Source of the DNA: Heterodontus francisci
Lineage: Eukaryota
Length of the DNA stretch: 64,000 nucleotides
Assembly: GCF_036365525.1 (NCBI RefSeq)
Contig: NC_090399.1
Coordinates: 14,879,558-14,943,557, forward strand
Reading direction: 5' to 3'
Both the position numbers and the translations under genes were made by a program. Under the pieces are notes generated by a model that did not search any database, had not been told where the DNA came from, and worked only from the letters and a program-made list of their open reading frames with translations. Below, piece by piece: positions 14,419 to 26,400 of this stretch. The number at the start of each line of letters is the position of its first letter. The first letter of the stretch is position 1.

Positions 14419-17400
14419 GTAAGTAATTCACATTCATTTTGTACATAATTAAACAGATACACATCCCGCCTCCGCTTCCACACACACATCAACACACACA
14501 CATATGTATATATACCTTCATGTATAGATATGCATATATACAGATACACCTACACACACGAAAATATACATATATATATATAAATCAACTATTGCATTAC
14601 ATACTCTGGAAGACAACGAACAATAACTTGTATTTGTATAGCGCCTTTAACGTATAAAACCTCCCAAGGCGCTTCAAAACCTGTTAACATTAACTGCCTA
14701 AAGAATTGAATTGTGATTCTCGGATAACTGTGATATCGTTAATGGTCCAAACATCGGGGACAGCACATTGAAAGGTTTCCACGAAGCCGCCGCTGCCTGG
14801 GGTGAACCCCATTATAGTTTAGGATTAGACAAGAGTCAAGAGCCACTGATCACAGAATTCAGGCGACTTGAGCGATGCCAATGAAGTGAATTATTTGGGC
14901 TCCTTTCGTAAGTTCGGCTGCCTTCTTCCAGCACATTGGTGTTAGTTTCACACGCTTGGCAGTTTCACCTTGTCTTCGGCCCCATTTATTAGTTCCCCGT
15001 GTGCTCATCAGCCCATGCCAACTGTTTTAGTTATTAATATCAGTCCCTGATGAGTAATGTCAAAGAACAAATATTTAATTGTAGACCGTGGGCATCATCT
15101 GAGCGAACAATAGAAGCTGAATTTTCTAGCTACATGTATTAAGGTTAGTGGCCGAAATATCAGGGGCACCCCCAGGTCCCTCTGTTCCTTTGCCACTAAG
15201 TCATTATCTCTCCCTATCCCTTCTGCCAAAATGCATCACCTCACACCTGTCTGTATTAAATTCCATCTGCCACTTGTCTGCCCATTCTGCTCGCTTATCT
15301 ATGTCCTGTTGCAGGCAGCTCATATCATCCTCACTGCTTGTCATTCCTTCAAATTTGGTGTCATCGGCAAATTTTGAAATTCTGCTCTGTATTCCAGGGT
15401 CCAAGTCATTTATGTATAGAGTATAGGATCCTAGCACTGACCCTTGTGGAACACCACTGTCTACCATCCTCCAGTCTGAAAAACAGCCATTTACCACAAC
15501 CCACTGTTTTCTGTCCTTAAGTCAAATGTTAATCCAATTGCACACTAATCCTCCTATTCCATGAGCCTCAATTTTGTTAGCCAGCCTTTTATGTGGTACT
15601 TTTACCAAATGCTTTCCTAAAAATTATATAGGCAACATCCATCACACTCCCTTCGTCAATCTTCTCAGTTACATCATCAAAAAATTAAATTAGATTCATC
15701 AAGCATGGTCTGCCTTTTACAAATCTGTGCTGCTTATTCTTAAATAACTCAAATTTCTCCTTTTGCTTTTGATATTTCCATTGTTGTTTTCAAAACCTTA
15801 CGCACCACTGGTAAACTCTAGTTAGCCCTTGTTAGTAATCGGATTGAAGCCAGGGAGGAGATGTGTATAAGTGACTAGCCTGGATTATTCCTATCTCTCC
15901 TGGCCACTCTCTTATCCTCCATAATATTTAGCTCATCACAAACTCTGCAGCCCATATCCTATCCGGTACCAAGTTCCCTCATCTATCATAAATACAAGCA
16001 AAATACCGCAGATGCTGGAAATCTGAAATAAAAACAAGAAATGCTGGAAATACTCAGCAGGTCTGGCAGCATCTGTGGAGAGAGAAGCAGAGTTAACGTT
16101 TCAGGTCTGTGACCCTTCTTCAGAACTTGCAGATATTAGAAATGTGAAAGGTTTTAAGCAAGTAAAACAAGGGTGGGGGGAGAGATAACAAAGGAGGAGG
16201 TGTAGATCGGACAAGGTCACAGAGAATAACCGACCACAAGGTCATGGAGCAAAGGCAAGCAATATATTAATGGTGTTTTGAAAGACAAAGCATTAGTATA
16301 GCAGCAAGTACAAACATGAAAAAGCAGTGGGTAGGCAAACTGAACAATCTAAGATAAAATGAAATAAACACCCAAAAAAGAAAAATAACTAAAAATAAAA
16401 GTAAAATGGGGGGCCCGTCATGCGGTGAAATTATTGAACTCAATGTTCAGTCCGGCAGGCTGTAGTGTGCCTCATCGATCACTAACCTGGTTGCTCACTT
16501 ACATTCTTTCCCAGTTTCCCCAATGTCTGAGCCCTAAAATTCTTATTGTTGTGTTTAAAACTATTCATGGCTTCATACATCACTATCTCTGTAGCTTCCT
16601 ACAACCTTACAACACTCTAAGAACTCTGCATTTCCCTGGCTCTGGATGCTGTACGTCCCCCCGCTCCACCCCACTATGCTTGGAATAAACTCTGGAATTC
16701 CTTTCCTAAAACTCTCTGCCTTTCCATCTCTCCCAGCGGCATTAAAAGTCCTCCCCTTTAAGCCCGCTTTTAGTCACCCCCCTCTAGCATCAGTTTATTT
16801 TTAGCTCCAATCCAATTTTGTTTGATTTTGGAAGAGTTATGCGGCCTGTTTGACATTAAAGACACCACGTTACTGCAGATTATTGCTAATTCTATTGTTC
16901 ATATGTAGGAAAGAGCATTTCTTGTTTTTATTTCAGATTTACAGCATCCGCAGTATTTTGCTTTTATTTTAGTAGGGAAGAGCTGCTCGTGTCAATAGTT
17001 TAGGAAAAAGACGTACTCTTCATCTCTGAAAAACGGGGACTGGGGAGGTTAAAGGCAGCGCTTGTTTCTGGGTAAGGCATGACGATAGAAAGTGGATTTA
17101 GCAAAGGACATGTCCTACAGTCAGGAGCTCGGGCTGGCTTTCCAGATGTGGGAATAAATGTAGAAACTATCGTGGAATTCAACAGATGCTGTTACGCAAA
17201 GGACTAGGTCCCAGTGATTCCTTCATCTCTATTTACTTGAGCTTGTATAGTCGCTGAATATTGTTACGGAAGCAAAAGGGAAACACATGGGACAAGTGTG
17301 ATTTCGTTCACGGGCATACAGCAATGTCGCAGGTGAATTTCTCTTATTCGCTGTCACTCTCCAGCGTACCGGATTGTAGTAAGACTCAACTTTAATTAGA

Positions 17401-20400
17401 CCTCACGAATAACTGCATAATTATAGGCAATTTTAAGGATTGAATTGTAAAATGTTCAGTTGCTTTCTATTTCCCTACTTGCGATTTGGTTAACATCCCA
17501 GCCTGCTCCGATTGGAAAAAAAATCGATTATAAAATAGGCCACGGGTAAGGCTTAACATGCAAGGGTGCACTTTTAACTCGCTGTCCCGAGTGTAAAACT
17601 GGAGTCATGTTTGGCTCCCCGTTATAGAAACCGCCCGATTTTCATTAATTTAGATTTTCAACTTATCACCAGTTTACACCCCGGCGCCAACTGAAAACCT
17701 CACCCACTGAACTAATGTAAAAGATAATCGGGAATCAAAGTGTAATATTCATGCTTCTGACGTACTTTAGGCCACAAGGCGGAAATTGGTGAATATTTTA
17801 AGGGAGCTATTTTAATTGTTCTAGAGCAGCCGCCGTTTGAATTATTAAAGACATTACTTATCATTTATATCCATCAATGAAATACCAGTTGCCCATTTTA
17901 TTTGTGGAGCTGTCTGAGGGGGAAAGACAGCAAACTCACATAGACTGGAAATCTGAGTTTTAGGTAGAAAATACTGGATAGACTCAGTAGGTCAGATAAA
18001 TGAAGAGTGTAGGGTTTGTGCGTTCAGGTCTAGGACGCTTCTTCAGAACAGTTATTCAGTATTGACAAATGCTTCCTGACTTGCTGAGCTGTGAATTTAC
18101 TCTTATCCCTAATTCAGGGCAGGACTTTCTGAGGGCAGTTTGCTGGTACCGAAAAAGTAAAAATGTAGAGTGGCGTGACTAACTGATGAGGTTATTTCAT
18201 GTTTGCAGGAGTGACTGCCTCGGGTGTTACAGTCATTCAAGAACCGCGTTCGGTGAGCGTTACCGAGGGTAAAACATTGCATCTATCATGTAGTTTCATT
18301 GTGAACACAGCCCTTTCAGGAAACAACCCCATCGGTTCCCTCATTTGGTACAAAGATTTCAGAACGTCTATAGTTTGTAACAACTGCACGGAATATATCG
18401 GACGAGTTCAGAAAACCGGTTCAAGACCCTTCCGCGAATTTAAAAACGGATCGGTAACAATCACCGGGGTGAAACTGAACGATACAGGAAGGTATTACTG
18501 CGAGGTGGTTCTTAACATCGGTGGAAAGGGCACCGGAGAAGGCACAGAAGTCACAGTAAACCGTAAGTTTGTATTATCTTACATCTTATGCCTTTAGATT
18601 CAGTTCCCCCCTCCAAAAAAAAAAGATATTTTTATTGGAAACTCGGGGTACTGTCACCTTTAAGACATAAATTGAAATTTAACCCGGTTGGGTCTTTTCC
18701 GCAGAATAGGTAAACTGGCGGGTTCGGATGCACCGCTGGTATTACACTCTGTCCGATTTTACTCCATTGAAAATAGCAGAGAGCAGTTTGGGGCCAGGTG
18801 TAAAACCGGCGTTCATACAAAATATTTACAGCACAGAAGGAGGCCATTCGGCCCGTCGTGTCTGTGCCAGCTCTCTGCAAGAACAACTCAGCTAGTCCCA
18901 CTCACCCGCTCTTTCCCCCTAGTCCTGCATTTTCTTTCTCTTTAGGTGCATATCCAATTCACCTTTGAAAGTTCCGACTGCATCTCCCTCCACAACACTC
19001 TCACACACTGCATTCCAGATCCTAACCACATGCTAGTAAAACAGTTTTTCTCCCCCTCTCATGTCATTGTTGGTTCTTGTGCCAATCCCTTTAACTTGGT
19101 GTCCTCTGGTTCACAACCCGTCAGCTAATGGGACCAGTTTCTCTCTATCTACTCATTCTAGATTCCTCATGATTTTTAAACACTTCTATTAAATCTCTCA
19201 ACCTTCTCTTCTCTAAGGAGAACAACGCAGTCATCTCCAATCTATCCATGTAACTGAAGTCCTTCATACCGGAATATATTTTTGTAAATCTTTTTTGCAG
19301 CCTTTCTAAAGCCTTCACATCCTTCCTAAAGTGCAGTGTGCAGAATTGGGCCTGATACTCCAGCTGAGGCCGAGCCTGTATTGTGTAAAGTTTCACCATA
19401 ACTTCCTTGCTTTTGTACCCTATGCCTCTATTTATAAAGTCCAGGATCCTGTTTGCCTTTTTAACTGCTTTCTCAACCTGCCCTGCCATCTTCAATAATT
19501 TGTGCACATATACCCCCAGGTCTCTCTGTTCAAAGAACAAAGAACAAAGAAAATTACAGCACAGGAACAGGCCCTTCGGCCCTCCAAGCCTGCGCCGATC
19601 CAGATCCTCTATCTAAACCTGTCGCCTATTTTCTAAGGGGCTGTATCTCTTTGCTTCCTGCCCATTCATGTATCTGTCTAGATACATCTTAAAAGACGCT
19701 ATCGTGCCCGCGTCTACCACCTCCGCTGGCAACGTGTTCCAGGCACCCACCACCCTCTGCGTAAAGAACTTTCCACGCATATCCCCCCTAAACTTTTCCC
19801 CTCTCACTTTGAACTCGTGACCCCTAGTAATTGAATCCCCCACTCTGGGAAAAAGCTTCTTGCTATCCACCCTGTCTATACCTCTCATGATTTTGTACAC
19901 CTCAATCAGGTCCCCCCTCAACCTCCGTCTTTCTAATGAAAATAATCCTAATCTACTCAATGTCTCTTCATAGCTAGCGCCCTCCATACCAGGCAACATC
20001 CTGGTGAACCTCCTCTGCACCCTCTCCAAAGCATCCACATCCTTTTGGTAATGTGGCGACCAGAACTGCACGCAGTATTCCAAATGTGGCTGAACCAAAG
20101 TCTTATACAACTGTAACATGACCTGCCAACTCTTGTACTCAATACCCCGTCCGATGAAGGAAAGCATGCCGTATGCCTTCTTGACCACTCTATTGACCTG
20201 CATTGCCACCTTCAGGGAACAATGGACCTGAACACCCAAATCTCTCTGTTCATCAATTTTCCCCAGGACTTTTCCACTTACTGTATAGTTCACTCTTGAA
20301 TTGGATCTTCCAAAATGCATCACCTCGCATTTGCCCTGATTCAACTCCATCTGCCATTTCTCTGCCCAACTCTCCAATCTATCTATATTCTGCTGTATTC

Positions 20401-23400
20401 TCTGACAGTCCCCTTCACTATCTGCTACTCCATCAATCTTAGTGTCGTCTGCAAACTTGCTGATCAGACCACCTATATTTTCCTCCAAATCATTTATGTA
20501 TATCACAAAAAACAGTGGTCCCAGCACGGATCCCTGTGGAACACCACTGGTCACATGTCTCCATTTTGAGAAACTCCCTTCCACTACTACTCTCTGTCTC
20601 CTGTTGCTCAGCCAGTTCTTTATCCATCTAGCTAGTCCACCCTGGACCCCATGCGACTTCACTTTCTCCACCAGCCTACCATGGGGAACCTTATCAAACG
20701 CCTTACTGAAGTCCCCTTTAGAATTTTAACCTTTATTTCACATTGCCTCTCCATGTTCTTCCTACCAAAATGTATCAGTTCACACTTCTCTGCATTAAAT
20801 TTCATCTGCCACTGTTCGTCCATTCCACAACCTGTTTATATCCTGTAGAAGTCTATCACTATCCTCCTCACTGTTCACAATACTTCCAAGTTTTGTGTCA
20901 TCTGTGAACTTTGAAATTGTGCCTTGTACACCCAAGTCTAGGTGATTAATGTATATCAGGAAAAGCAGGGGTCCTAGTACCGACACCACTGTACACCTTC
21001 CTGCTGTCCAAAAAGCAATCGTTCGTTCATCACTCCTCTCTGTTTCCTGTCACCCAACCAACTTCGTATCCATGCTGCCACTTTCCTTTTTATTCCACAA
21101 CTTAAACTTTGCTGGCAAGTCTATTATGTGACACTTTATTAAATGCCTTTTGGAAGTCCATATACATCACAATACCCTCATCGGCCTACTTTGTTACCTC
21201 ATCAAAAAACTCAATCAAATTAGTTAAATGTGATTTGACTAGCATTCCTTAATTAATCCACATTTGTCCAAGTGACTGTTAATGTTGGTCCAAATTATTG
21301 TTTCTAAAGGATTTTTCATTGCCGAGGTTAAACTAACTGGACTGTAGTTGTTGGGTTTATCCTTACACCCTTTTTTGAACAATAGTGTAACATTTTCACT
21401 TATCCAGTCCTCTGGCACAACCCCCCTTTCGCAGGGCAATTGGAAGATTATGGTCAATGCCTCCACAATTTTTACCCTTACTTCCCTCAGCATCCCCAGA
21501 TGGATCCCATCCAGTCCTGGTAACTTATCAACTTTAAGTGCAGCCATCTATCTAATACCTCCCTTTTATCAATTTTTACCCCATACCGCTTCTTAACTAC
21601 CTCCTCTTTCACTATGACTTGGGTAGCATCATCCTGCTTGGTAAAGACAGATGCGAAGTACTCAGCCATGCCCTCTACCTCCATGTGTAGATCCTCCTTT
21701 CGGTACTTAATTGGCCCCACCTCTCCTCTTACTACCCTTATGCTATTTGTAGGGTTATAGACTTATGGATTCCAGAGGACTGGAGGACAACGAATGTGGT
21801 ACCATTATTCAAGAAGGGTAGCAGGGATAAACTAGGTAATTACAGGCTGGTGAATCTAATATCAGTGGTTGGGAAGCTATTGGAAAAAATCCTGAGGGAC
21901 AAGATTAATCTCCACTTGGAGAGGCAGGGATTAATTAAGAATAGTCAGAATGGCTTTGTTGGGGGAGATCTTGTCCAACAAACTTGATTGAATTTTTCGA
22001 GGAGGTGAATAGATATGTAGATGAGGGTAAAGCAGTTGATGTAGTCTATATGGACTTCAGCAAAGTTTTTGATAAGGTCCCACATGGGAGATTGGCTAAG
22101 AAGGTAAGAGCCCATGGGATCCAGGGCAATTTGGCAAATTAGATCCAAAATTGGTTTATTGACAGGAGACAGAAGGTGATGGACGAGGGTTGTTTTTGCA
22201 ATTGGAAGCCTGTGACCAGTGGTGTACTGTAGGGTTCGGTGCTGGGATCTTTGCTGTTTGTAGTGTACATTAATGATTTAGACGTGAATATAGGAGGTAT
22301 GATTAGTAAGTTCGCAGATGACACGAAAATTGGCGGTGTCGTAAATAGTGAGGAGGAAAGCCTTAAATTACAGGACGATATAGATGGGCTGGTAAGATGG
22401 GTAAAGTAGTGGCAAATGGAATTTAATCCTGAGAAGTGTGAGGTGATGCATTTTGGGAGGACTAACAAGGCAAGGGAATATACAATTGATGGTAGGACAC
22501 TAGGAAGTACAGAGGGTCAGAGGGACCTTGATGTACTTGTCCATAGATCACTGAAGGCAGCAGCAAAGGCAGATAAGGTGGTTAGGAAGGCATATGGAAT
22601 ACTTGCCTTTATTAGCTGAGGCATAGAATATAAGAGCAGGGAGGTTATGATGGAGCTGTATAAAATGCTAGTTAGGCCACAGCTGGAGTACTGTGTACAG
22701 TTCTGGTCACTACATTATAGGAAGGATGTGATTGCACTGGATAAGGTGCAGAAGAGTTTCACCAGGACGTTGCCTGGGCAGGAGCATTTCAGCTTTGAAG
22801 AGACACTGGATAGGCTCGGGTTGATTTCCTTGGAGCTGAGAAGGCTGAGGGGGGACCTGATTAGAGATATACAAAATTATGAGGGGCATAGATAGGGTAG
22901 ATAGGAAGAAACTTTCTCACTTAGTGGAGGTATCAATAATCAGGGGACATAGATTTAAGGTAAGGGGCAGGAGGTTTTGAGGAATTTAGAGGGGATTTGA
23001 GGAAAAAGTTTTTTACCCAGAGAATGTTTGGAATCTAGAACACTGCCTGAAGAGGTAGGGAGGCAGGAACCCTCACAACATTTAAGAAGTATATCGATGA
23101 GCACTTGAAACACCATAGCATACAAGGCTATGGATCAAGTGCTGGAAAATGGGAATAGAGTAGATAGGTGCTTGATGGTCAGCACAGACACGATGGCCAA
23201 AGGGCCTGTTTCTGTGCTGTATAACGCTATGGCTCTAACATTTAAGAAGTATTTAGACGAGCACTTGAAACGCCATGACATAGAAGGCTAAGTGCTGGAA
23301 AATGGGATTTGAATAAATAGGCTTGGTGGCTGGTGCAGACACAGTGGGCCAATGGGCCCCTTTCTGTGCTGTATAACTCTATGACTCTATGATTCCCTTT

Positions 23401-26400
23401 TATGTTAGTCTCTTCTCATAGTCTCTCTTTGCCTCTCTTATTCACGTTTTAACTTCCCTTCTCAACTTTTTATATTTAGCTTGGTCCTCACTTATGTTGT
23501 CAACCTGACATCTGTCATACATCCCCATTTTCTGCTGCATCTTACTCTCTATCTCTATCGTCATCCAGGGATCCTGGTTTGTTTACCCTACATTAACCCC
23601 TTGTGGGAATGTACCTTATCTCTTCCCAAATTATCTTCTCTTCAAAGGCAGCACATTGTTCCATTACAGTTTTACCTGTCAATCTTTGATTTCTATTTAC
23701 CTGGAACAGATTTGTTCTGACCCCACTGAAATTGGCCATCCTCCAATTTAATATTTTTTACTTTAGATTGCTGCTTGAAGAAGAGGGGAAAAGTGGCAGT
23801 GATAGGGGATTCATTAGTTAGGGGAACAGGCAGGTGTTTCTGTGGCCTTAGACATGACTCCAGGATGGTGTGTTGCCTCCCTGGTGCCATGGTCATGGAT
23901 ATCACAGAGAGGCTGCAGGACATTCTCCTGGGGAAAGGTTAGCAGCCAGAGTTTGTGGTCAACTTTGGTACCAATGACATAGGTAAGAAGGGGGATGAGG
24001 TTCTGAAAGCAGATTTTATGGAGCTAGGAAGGAGATTAAAACGTAAGACCTCAAAAGCAGTAATCTCAGGATTACTCGTAGTCCCACGTGCAAGTGAGCA
24101 CAGGAATAGGACAATTGAGTGATTGGACATGTGGCTGGAGAACTGGTGTAGGAGGGAGGGCATCAGATTTCTGAGACATTGGGACCAGTTCTGGGGCAGG
24201 TGGGACCTGTATAAGATGGATAGGTTACATCTTAGAAGGACTGGACTATTATCCTCGCGGTGAGATTTGCTCGTGCTTTGGGGGAAGATTTAAACTAGAT
24301 TGGCAGTGTGATGGGAAACTGAGAGGGAGCTCAGATTGGAGAGACCGAAGAAGGGTCACTGACCCGAAACGTTAACTCTGCTTCTGTTTTCACAGATGCT
24401 GCCAGACCTGCTGAATGGTTCCAGCATTTCTTCTTTTTATTTCAGATTTCCAGCATCCGCTGTATTTTGCTTTTATTATTATATCAGAGAGAAACACAAC
24501 TGGTAACTTGTCAGGGGTGTGGGAACAAGGAGCAAATATTGCAGAAGAATACCAAGGAGCACGGAATACTGAGAGAGAGAGATAGCATTAGAGTAGGGAA
24601 TAGTAAGTTATTAGGTGGGGTTAGAGTAAGAGAGAAATTAATATAGTCTAAATCAGGGTTCATGTGAATGCAGAGTGTGGTTAATAAGATTGGTGAGGTA
24701 CAGGTGCAGATTGCCATGTGGAAATATGATAATGTGGCTATGACAGAGACCTGGCTCAAAGAAGGGCAGGACTTATATTAAATATTACTGGATACAGGGT
24801 GTTCAGGAAAGATAAAAAAGGGAAAAAAAGGGTAGGGGTGGCAGTATTGATTAAAGAGGCATTACAGTGCTGGGGAAAAATGATGTGCCAAAGGGGTTGA
24901 GGACAGAATCAATCTGGCTAGAGCTAAGGAACAAAAAAGGTGCGATTACATTGCTCAGAGTTGTCTATAGACTACCAGCTAGTGGGAAGGACGTGGAGGA
25001 ATGAATTTGCAAGGAAATTACAGAGAGGTGCAAAAATTCTAGGGTAGTTATAATGGGGGACTTTAATTATCCAAACATAGACTGGGATAATAGCAGTGTA
25101 AAGGGCAATGAGGTGCAAGAGTTCCTGGAGTGTGTTCAAGAAGATTTTCTACAACAGTATGTTTCTCATCCAATGAGAAAGGAGGCACTGCCAGACCTGG
25201 TTCTCAGGAATGAGGTGGGCCAAGTAGATCAAGTATCAGTAGGAGAGCATTTAGAGGACAGTGATCATTGTATCATAAGGTTTAAGCTGACAATGGAAAA
25301 GGACAAAGAGCAATTCAGGGTAAGAATAATTAACTGGGGGAAAGCCAACTTCAATGGGGTAAGAATGAAGCTGGGGCGAATAAGTTGGAGTCAAAAGCTG
25401 GGAGGAAAACCAGTAGATGAACAATGGGCTACCTTCAAAGAAGAGATAGTCGAGCACAGTCAAGGTATGCTCCCTTGAAGGGAAAAGGTAGGGCAAACAA
25501 ATCCAGAGCTCCCTGGATGACAAAAGAGTTAGATTAAGATAAAGAAAAAGTGTGCTTGTGACAGATGTCAGGTGGAAAATACTATTGAGAACCAGGCTGA
25601 AAATAGAAGGTCAAAAGAGGAAGTAAAAAAGTAATTATGAAGCAAAGAGAGAGCATGAAAAGAGACTTGCAGCTAACATTAAATGGAATCCCAAAGTTTT
25701 CTATAGACATATAAATTGTAAAGGGTGGTAAAAGGAGGAATGGGACTGATTAGGTACCATAAAGGGGATTTATACATGGAGGCAGAGGGCATAGCTGAGG
25801 TATTAATTGAATACTTTGCATCTTTCTTTACCAAGGAAGAAGATGCAACACAAGCTATGGTGAAATAGGAGGTAATTCAGACACTAGAAGGGTTTAAAAT
25901 TGATAGAGTATAGGGCGGCACAGTGGCGCAGTGGTTAGCACCGCAGCCTCACAGCTCCAGGGACCCGGGTTCGATTCTGGGTACTGCCTGTGCGGAGTTT
26001 GCAAGTTCTCCCTGTGTCTGCGTGGGTTTTCTCCGGGTGCTCCGGTTTCCTCTCACATCCAAAGACTTGCAGGTGATAGGTAAATTGGCTGTTATAAATT
26101 GCCCCTAGTGTAGGTAGGTGGTAGGGAATATGGGATTACTGTGGGGTTAGTATAAATGGGTGGTTGTTGGTCGGCACAGACTCGGTGGGCCGAAGGGCCT
26201 GTTTCAGTGCTGTATCTCTAAATAAATAAATAATAGGCTGTCTGTACTGAAATTGGATAAAAAACCAGGACCAGATGAGATGCATCCAAGGATACAGAGG
26301 AAAATGAGGTTGGAAATCGCAGAGGCACTGGCCATAAATTTTCAGTCTTCCTTAGACTCGGGATGGTGCCAGAGGACTGGAGAATTGCAAATGTCACACC

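Larger units (their letters stand above)
18825..23772 (-). mobile_element. Old CR1 hosting two nested CR1 insertions
   Basis: Fragments 18825-19530, 20715-21770 and 23392-23772 are colinear antisense CR1 ORF2. Confidence 0.8.

Noticed and set aside
18199-18597. Single-exon 132-aa ORF or rearranging Ig/TCR V segment
   Set aside because: ATG and C-terminal KFVLSYILCL lie outside strong splice sites; J-like strand is already joined; no RSS or C exons seen
25913-25990. tRNA gene
   Set aside because: tRNA-derived head of a SINE present in four copies in the window
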